The notes under the pieces: generated by a model
Database searches by the model: none
Seen by the model: only the letters and a program-made list of their open reading frames with translations
Told to the model about the DNA's origin: nothing
Position numbers and translations under genes: made by a program
Assembly: GCA_965601925.1 (NCBI GenBank)
Contig: OZ271854.1
Coordinates: 2,880,001 to 2,944,000 of the forward strand
DNA length: 64,000 bases
From: Alkalispirochaeta sp.
Lineage (GTDB): Bacteria > Spirochaetota > Spirochaetia > DSM-27196 > Alkalispirochaetaceae
Direction: 5' to 3'
In this document: positions 57,869 through 64,000 of the stretch, piece by piece
Layout of the letters: each line of letters opens with the position of its first letter
Position numbering within the stretch: position 1 is the stretch's first letter

Positions 57869-59158
57869 CTAAGGGACCGTCGTGAATCGTGACTGGGGGC
57901 TGGAATGAGTCATTGCCGTTCCTTGATTGTTCCAAGCCCAAACGGCCCAGAAGTACGACTGTCCGCTTTGAAGTGGCTCAGGCGGTTCGCTACTGTCGTA
58001 GTTGCGGACGCCCTGACTAAAAGAAACGCTGCCCTCGATACCGGCCGGTAATCCGGTGTGCCAAACCCATACAATATCCGACTCGTTAACTATGCGACCG
58101 TCGGACACACGTATCGGTTCGGCAAAGATTCCAGCGAATACGAGGTTCGAGTTAGTCGGTGTCCAAGAAAAGGTGGGATTTGTCGTAGATAAGACTGCAT
58201 TCTCAGCGGGCGCGGCAAGAGCAATCCGAGTTTCTCCTTCAAAAACAAGCTCGTTTGGATTGGGAATAGGTTCGTACAACACAGTCCCGAGCGGACTGAC
58301 AATGTCGTTCCCCCCTGCACAGGTACCCGTAATGGACAGTTGCTCAATCGGTACGTCCCACTCGTTGCCGACAGCAGCAATTGTACTCGATGTATCATTC
58401 AGTAGATCGCAGTCGGTATTTTCGGCTATCGTGTTCATGCCATAACTGTCGAATACGCCGAGCCACGGCGAAGATGTCGCGTAGACGCTGATACCAATGC
58501 CGTTCATTACAATTTCGTTGTTGGTAATTGTCGGCTGTGATCCAGAGGTTACGAGAACGCCATCACCATTATTGGAGATGGTATTGTTGTCCACTACCGC
58601 CTCGGCGCGGCTGCTAATCACGATTCCAAAGTCCGAGTCTTCAATCGTGCTGTTCTCAATTCGAGTCTCGGACCCAGCCTCCAAGAATACCGCCGCCCCT
58701 CCTGGACTAGACAAACTGAAGCCAGAGACTACATTGGCGCCTAGAGATACGACGGCTGCATCTAAGGGCACTCCACCGTCTGGAAAGGTGTATGTTCCCA
58801 CGCCTCGAATGGTGGCCGCTCCGTCGGACGTGCTTACGAGTCTGATGTTTTCGTCCAGAATGATAGGAAATACTTCGCCATTTGCGTCGTCATACAACCC
58901 GGGCAGAACATACACCGGACGGTTACTGCCTGCGCTGTCAACGCCGGCGCTAATCGATCTCAGTGGGAAATCCCGAGATCCGTCTCCTCTGCTGTCACTA
59001 CCTGATGTTGCCGACACGTAGATTCCCACTGGATCGTTGGGGCTTAGTGGGGCGGAACAAGAGGTCACCAATGCGAGCCCAATGACAAAGAGAAGCGACA
59101 CCGTGGTGTTGGAGACCGTTACGGATTGTCGCTTGGCAAGACGTTGGTCAGATTTCAT
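57869..59158 (-). CDS. lipoprotein with DUF1565-like / parallel beta-helix region
   Basis: LVTSC lipobox; YVSATSGSD...GDGS...PLRSI...PGLY; NNTISNN and ITNNEI repeats. Confidence 0.75.
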   Translation of the reverse strand: MKSDQRLAKRQSVTVSNTTVSLLFVIGLALVTSCSAPLSPNDPVGIYVSATSGSDSRGDGSRDFPLRSISAGVDSAGSNRPVYVLPGLYDDANGEVFPIILDENIRLVSTSDGAATIRGVGTYTFPDGGVPLDAAVVSLGANVVSGFSLSSPGGAAVFLEAGSETRIENSTIEDSDFGIVISSRAEAVVDNNTISNNGDGVLVTSGSQPTITNNEIVMNGIGISVYATSSPWLGVFDSYGMNTIAENTDCDLLNDTSSTIAAVGNEWDVPIEQLSITGTCAGGNDIVSPLGTVLYEPIPNPNELVFEGETRIALAAPAENAVLSTTNPTFSWTPTNSNLVFAGIFAEPIRVSDGRIVNESDIVWVWHTGLPAGIEGSVSFSQGVRNYDSSEPPEPLQSGQSYFWAVWAWNNQGTAMTHSSPQSRFTTVP

Positions 59159-60425
59159 AGCGTACTCCAAGAACGCTGATCACTGAGTTTCGGTTGTCGA
59201 TGTTGGCGCCCGGCTCGCCAAGATGTGTAAAAGCGGTATCTTCGTAGTGCCAAAAAACTAGAGAATTGCTAATTTCAACAAAAATTCCTCTTGAAATTTC
59301 CACCCCAAGATGTACGGAAGAATGAAATCCTATCTCGTTGCTATCGTTGACTTGAACGGAGGGGCCAAAAACAAAATTCAGATACGCCTCTGGTCGTACC
59401 CTGAACAGGTTGATCCCCACTTCAAACCCCGCATCAACAGTCCATTCTCTATCGCTGTTAACTACCGACGGGACCCCACTAAGTACCTGATACTCTTGCG
59501 AATGGCCGAACGTATTAAGCCTCGATTGCACGCCGTAGACAACAGAGCGTAAGTGATTCTGGCGTAGCCACGAGACGCCGACAGTGGCGGCCGGCAAAAA
59601 CTGCCATGTCGATCCTCCTGCAATCCGGACGGCGAAGCGGCTTCTGGTCGGGAGTGGACGGGGACGGTCCTCAGAAACAAAGCTTCGGTACGTCTCTGGA
59701 TTCATTAAGTTGAAGCGAGGCCATCTGCGCACTCTTCCGGGATGCTGGCCTCTTGGGGTTCTGGCAGGTTGCGTGTTCAGTAGGTATGTGAGGGGTATGG
59801 CCCAAGCTAAACCACGACCCTCATGTAGACTAGCGGATATTACACCGAGAAGTCTTCCTTGATAAAAGACTGGTGCCCCGCTGATTCCAGTATAAACCGT
59901 TATATCCATTGAAATTATCTGGATATTCTGATTAAAAATTCTTCGGCTGTCAGGACCTCTAGGCCCTCTCGAACTCCGTATTTCATCACTTGTTAGTCTG
60001 CCGTGAATCACCTCATAGTTTTCTGAGTTATATGGAACACCAATTGTAGTGACCTCAACTCCGTCGTCGTATGATGAACTATCATGGATTTCTACGTATA
60101 GATCCATCCCGTCTCTCGATAGGATCGGTTCGTCTACCTGTAGTAGTGCAAGATCATAGTCAGGATATACTGCAAGTATATCCGCGTCGTAGGTTCGCCT
60201 ACGACCTGACATGTTGAGAATGGTGATTTCTCTGGCTCCATGAATGACGTGATATGCAGTAAGTATTTGGCGATCGTTCTCGTATAGGTAGCCCGTACCA
60301 TGGTGAGTTCCATCGCCGGGTATGCGAGCTTGTACTTTGACTATTCGGTCTCGTTGAGACTGGCTACTTAGATCAGCAGTTGCAATTAAGAGTATTATAT
60401 GAAACAAAAAAAAGAATAATTTCAA
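59148..60425 (-). CDS. secreted trypsin-like serine protease with C-terminal putative beta-barrel
   Basis: Signal peptide; triad motifs LTAYHV, YDLALL, GISGAP; C-terminal amphipathic strands ending LGVRYEI. Confidence 0.8.
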   Translation of the reverse strand: MKLFFFLFHIILLIATADLSSQSQRDRIVKVQARIPGDGTHHGTGYLYENDRQILTAYHVIHGAREITILNMSGRRRTYDADILAVYPDYDLALLQVDEPILSRDGMDLYVEIHDSSSYDDGVEVTTIGVPYNSENYEVIHGRLTSDEIRSSRGPRGPDSRRIFNQNIQIISMDITVYTGISGAPVFYQGRLLGVISASLHEGRGLAWAIPLTYLLNTQPARTPRGQHPGRVRRWPRFNLMNPETYRSFVSEDRPRPLPTRSRFAVRIAGGSTWQFLPAATVGVSWLRQNHLRSVVYGVQSRLNTFGHSQEYQVLSGVPSVVNSDREWTVDAGFEVGINLFRVRPEAYLNFVFGPSVQVNDSNEIGFHSSVHLGVEISRGIFVEISNSLVFWHYEDTAFTHLGEPGANIDNRNSVISVLGVRYEI

Positions 60426-60862
60426 TTTCTTTTCAAGATATTAACAATAGTATCGAGCCCGCTTTGCGGGTCCTCATCGTAGTAGCCTTGATCATAGTTG
60501 GCTAAGAAAGTCTCCACAGAGTCAGACCGTGCAGAACGCAGGTATATGCTTCGAGCGATTGAACTTTCGTCATCATCGGATGTCATGCGTAGTTCGGGGC
60601 TTGCGCTGACTATCATCGAGACAATCAGAATTACGCCAAAAAATGAGAAGAAGATTCCCGGAGCTGTCGACCTTAAAGCTAGTTGTACCTTGTCTGTCCG
60701 TACGACTAATTCGGATTGTTCAGACTTTTCGGGTTTAGCTGATGCCACACTTGCTCCAGTCCGGACTGTGAAGAGTCTGTATCCGAGATACATCGACATG
60801 GCACCAACAAATAAAACCGACGTCCTGAAAAAAGACGCGTATAACATAAAATCTCTAAACAT
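60422..60862 (-). CDS. hypothetical two-TM membrane protein
   Basis: YLGYRLF...APGIFFSFFG pattern; 4-bp overlap with the protease gene. Confidence 0.65.
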   Translation of the reverse strand: MFRDFMLYASFFRTSVLFVGAMSMYLGYRLFTVRTGASVASAKPEKSEQSELVVRTDKVQLALRSTAPGIFFSFFGVILIVSMIVSASPELRMTSDDDESSIARSIYLRSARSDSVETFLANYDQGYYDEDPQSGLDTIVNILKRN

Positions 60863-61402
60863 TTTTTACCCCCAAGCCTATAGTTAATAAACCGTATTAG
60901 ATATATTATAAGCGGTTATAATGCATAAAAAAAGGAAAAATTTACTTTTCTTGTCCAGTTGTTTCATGATTGAAACTAAGAAGATGCGCGTGTATCAGGA
61001 AGGTCTGCGACGCTGGATGGACGTAAGCCCCCGGCTGCTCGCACCGGCACTATCGGGTGCGATTCGCTTCGAGATCTTCGGTTCGGCTCGATTTTCGAGA
61101 CCGCGGGACCGACGACGGAGTGGTGCGTGTCACACTGAGCCCCTCGGTCCCGACACCGGTACCCGATTCGGTTTTGGAGTCCGCGTGGGCGACGGAAAGT
61201 GAGCCCAAGCCGTCGCCTCGACCGATATCATCCGCCGAAATCACCGCAATGGCCCCGAGGTCGACGAGTGCGCCTCCGCAACGGGAGTCGGGGAAGTGTC
61301 GCGGTGGAGCCGCCTGCGGGCGAGAAGTACTTACTGACGATGAACTCGAAGCGTATCGTTAAGGCGTTTGATTGCGGATCGACACACCTCGATACCGGCC
61401 GG

Positions 61403-62638
61403 TCACGCGTCGGGTGCAAGGGGCGTGCGAACGGTCCACATAGTAAAGGGATCGCGGCGCAGCGAAAGCTCCGCATCGATCTGGTCGGCCAGGGCTCTCA
61501 CAATACGCAGCCCTCCGGACTTTGGATCGTCGATTCCCACCGACTCGGGAATGCCGATCCCGTGGTCCTCGATGTCGACGGTAAGAACGCCCTTTCGATG
61601 GTTTAGAAAGACCCACGCCGGGCGATCGGGCAGGTCCTGGGCATAGGCGTGCTTGACGATATTGGAGAAGAGCTCATTGATAATCAGCCCGAGGGGAATC
61701 GCCGTCTCCATCTTGACCGCGACACGCTCGACACCGTCGGTCGAGATGTGGAGCGACGTGATGAGGCCGCTCCTGAGATATCCTTCGATGATCGCTTTCA
61801 CAAACGCCTCGATCTCTACAACCGAGACGCCGGCGGTTTGGTGAAACATCTCGTGCGTCTTCGCCATGGTCTGTACCCTGCGCTCCGCCTCGCCCAGAAT
61901 CTCAACGATCGACGCGTGTGATTCCCGCTGTTCTTCCTGTTGTATTGAGAGGAGACTGGCCACGATCTGTAGGCTGTTTTTGGTACGATGATGGAGCTCC
62001 CGGAGGAGGGTGGCGTTGCGGTCCCTCAGGGATTCGGCCTTTTCCAGCGCCTCGGTTCGAAGACGAACCTGTTCTTCAAAGTCAGCCTCGCGACGTTTGA
62101 TCTCATGCCACGCCGCGCGGGAAACTCCCCAAAACATCATGCATACCATTCCGGCCCCTGTGAACCATAGAATGATGAAAATCGTCGGCTGATCGGTCCA
62201 ACGAGTGACACTAATGATGACACCGGCAACGTACAACGGTATAACCGGTCCGAGCGTCAGGAGCGGACGACGAGTCAATACGTTGTACGCGAGGCCGATT
62301 GACAGCCCCACACCGAAAAAAACTAAGCTCGTTAAATCGTTCGGCTCAGAGTTGGCTGCGCTGGCACACGCATAGAAGAAGCACGAGTAAACCTGCATCC
62401 ATTGTACTATCCTGCGCCTCGAAAAGGCGGTATAGAGACCGACGGGAATCCAGATTGCGGTGAACCAAACGTCGAAATAACTCAGCGATGCGCGTAAGGA
62501 TTCATCGTAAACGGCTGTACGAGAGATGAGCGTAAGGGAAGCAGAGCCGATGGAACCGAATGCTATCGCAAGCCCGATTGTCCGCTGAAGGCGACGCATG
62601 GTCGAGTTTGCCAGCTTATGCGATGTATTCTCGTTCAT
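61403..62638 (-). CDS. membrane sensor histidine kinase, HisKA_2 type (copy 1)
   Basis: ELHHRTKNSLQ, PLGLIINELFSNIVKHA, DHGIG, GGLRIV; about 6 TM; start chosen at MNENT. Confidence 0.9.
   Translation of the reverse strand: MNENTSHKLANSTMRRLQRTIGLAIAFGSIGSASLTLISRTAVYDESLRASLSYFDVWFTAIWIPVGLYTAFSRRRIVQWMQVYSCFFYACASAANSEPNDLTSLVFFGVGLSIGLAYNVLTRRPLLTLGPVIPLYVAGVIISVTRWTDQPTIFIILWFTGAGMVCMMFWGVSRAAWHEIKRREADFEEQVRLRTEALEKAESLRDRNATLLRELHHRTKNSLQIVASLLSIQQEEQRESHASIVEILGEAERRVQTMAKTHEMFHQTAGVSVVEIEAFVKAIIEGYLRSGLITSLHISTDGVERVAVKMETAIPLGLIINELFSNIVKHAYAQDLPDRPAWVFLNHRKGVLTVDIEDHGIGIPESVGIDDPKSGGLRIVRALADQIDAELSLRRDPFTMWTVRTPLAPDA
61421..62055. repeat. 635-bp exact duplication, copy 1 (kinase core)
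   Basis: Read base by base against 63004-63638 (offset 1583); no mismatch seen. Confidence 0.92.
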
Positions 62639-62964
62639 AGTGTGTCGTTTCAATTCCTCTGCTACCAGTTGGGCGGAGCCTACTCCTGCCGCAACTCGTT
62701 CTTGTGGGTTCATGCAAATTAAAAACCAAATATGGCAGGCCGGGCCGTCCGGCAACCTCGTTTCTACGGCTCGAATCCAGTTTCACCCTACTATAGTTGA
62801 ACGTTTGTGAGAGTGCACCATTGACGTTCTTCCGTCGCGGTCCGGTATCGCGCACCGAGAAGGACGTCACTGAGATAGGTGAATGCGTACGGGCCCCGAT
62901 AACAATACTGGGAATGAGGCGAACGCACGGTGTTGTCCATGGTGATTCCGCATACAGCTACGCG

Positions 62965-64000
62965 CTACGCCTCAATCTCGTTCGAGCCCCTGGCGGCGGC
63001 GAAGGGCGTGCGAACGGTCCACATAGTAAAGGGATCGCGGCGCAGCGAAAGCTCCGCATCGATCTGGTCGGCCAGGGCTCTCACAATACGCAGCCCTCCG
63101 GACTTTGGATCGTCGATTCCCACCGACTCGGGAATGCCGATCCCGTGGTCCTCGATGTCGACGGTAAGAACGCCCTTTCGATGGTTTAGAAAGACCCACG
63201 CCGGGCGATCGGGCAGGTCCTGGGCATAGGCGTGCTTGACGATATTGGAGAAGAGCTCATTGATAATCAGCCCGAGGGGAATCGCCGTCTCCATCTTGAC
63301 CGCGACACGCTCGACACCGTCGGTCGAGATGTGGAGCGACGTGATGAGGCCGCTCCTGAGATATCCTTCGATGATCGCTTTCACAAACGCCTCGATCTCT
63401 ACAACCGAGACGCCGGCGGTTTGGTGAAACATCTCGTGCGTCTTCGCCATGGTCTGTACCCTGCGCTCCGCCTCGCCCAGAATCTCAACGATCGACGCGT
63501 GTGATTCCCGCTGTTCTTCCTGTTGTATTGAGAGGAGACTGGCCACGATCTGTAGGCTGTTTTTGGTACGATGATGGAGCTCCCGGAGGAGGGTGGCGTT
63601 GCGGTCCCTCAGGGATTCGGCCTTTTCCAGCGCCTCGGCACTGAGGTGAATTTGCTCTTCCAAGTGTGCTTTGCGACGGTTCACCTCTTGCCACGCCGCT
63701 TTGCCGATGGCCCAATACATCACGCAAACCATACCTACCCCGGTAATCCAAAGCATGATGAATACCGCCGCTCGATCCGTCCACGCGTAGACACTCGCTA
63801 CCAGGCCGACGACATAGATTAGTGCTGCGGGACCCAATCTAATGAAGGGTTTCTCCCCGAATATCTCATAGGCGATTCCCAGTGCGACTCCGACACCGAA
63901 GTAGACCAGACTTGTCAATTCATTCTGATCTGCGGAGAACGCCCCGACGCACGCGAAGAACAGGCACGCGTATGTTTGAATCCACTGAGCCACTCTTTTC
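62965..64000 (-). CDS. membrane sensor histidine kinase, HisKA_2 type (copy 2; 5' end beyond the window)
   Basis: Same kinase core as copy 1 with a divergent TM region; frame open to the window edge. Confidence 0.9.
   Translation of the reverse strand, partial: KRVAQWIQTYACLFFACVGAFSADQNELTSLVYFGVGVALGIAYEIFGEKPFIRLGPAALIYVVGLVASVYAWTDRAAVFIMLWITGVGMVCVMYWAIGKAAWQEVNRRKAHLEEQIHLSAEALEKAESLRDRNATLLRELHHRTKNSLQIVASLLSIQQEEQRESHASIVEILGEAERRVQTMAKTHEMFHQTAGVSVVEIEAFVKAIIEGYLRSGLITSLHISTDGVERVAVKMETAIPLGLIINELFSNIVKHAYAQDLPDRPAWVFLNHRKGVLTVDIEDHGIGIPESVGIDDPKSGGLRIVRALADQIDAELSLRRDPFTMWTVRTPFAAARGSNEIEA
63004..63638. repeat. 635-bp exact duplication, copy 2 (kinase core)
   Basis: See copy 1. 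Confidence 0.92.

Noticed and set aside
60961..61402. Short ORFs next to the tandem kinases (also 62640-62964) as candidate peptide ligands
   Set aside because: No shared motif between the two intergenic regions, weak SDs, no signal-peptide features.

Overview
GC-rich bacterial chromosome segment, most consistent with a free-living spirochaete (Spirochaetaceae-like; inferred from the r-protein gene order, which lacks rpsD/adk/infA, and from the look of RpoA/RpoB). 1-2.9 kb: partial miaB, a ferredoxin/flavodoxin-NADP reductase, an orphan membrane histidine kinase with a four-Cys insert in its ATP lid, and a flavodoxin. 3.0-29.5 kb: one contiguous translation/transcription supercluster (tRNA-Thr, tRNA-Trp, secE-nusG-rplKAJL-rpoBC-rpsLG-tuf-S10-spc-alpha) with no fusA and no rpmG. 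29.5-57.7 kb: mixed housekeeping and accessory genes (TlpA fusion, purKE, a class Ic-type Mn/Fe ribonucleotide reductase, amidase, GNATs, an NmlR/AdhR-like MerR-AKR unit, a repeat-flanked lipoprotein, valS, a Flavo-1-like structured element, and a TetR/cyclase unit). 57.9-61 kb: an AT-richer three-gene island containing a trypsin-like protease fused to a putative beta-barrel. 61.4-64 kb: two tandem HisKA_2 kinases whose 635-bp catalytic cores are identical while their sensor domains are divergent. The same unnamed ~6-TM sensor domain appears to recur in the Cys-lid kinase at 1 kb. All calls come from reading the sequence and motifs by eye; no searches were run.
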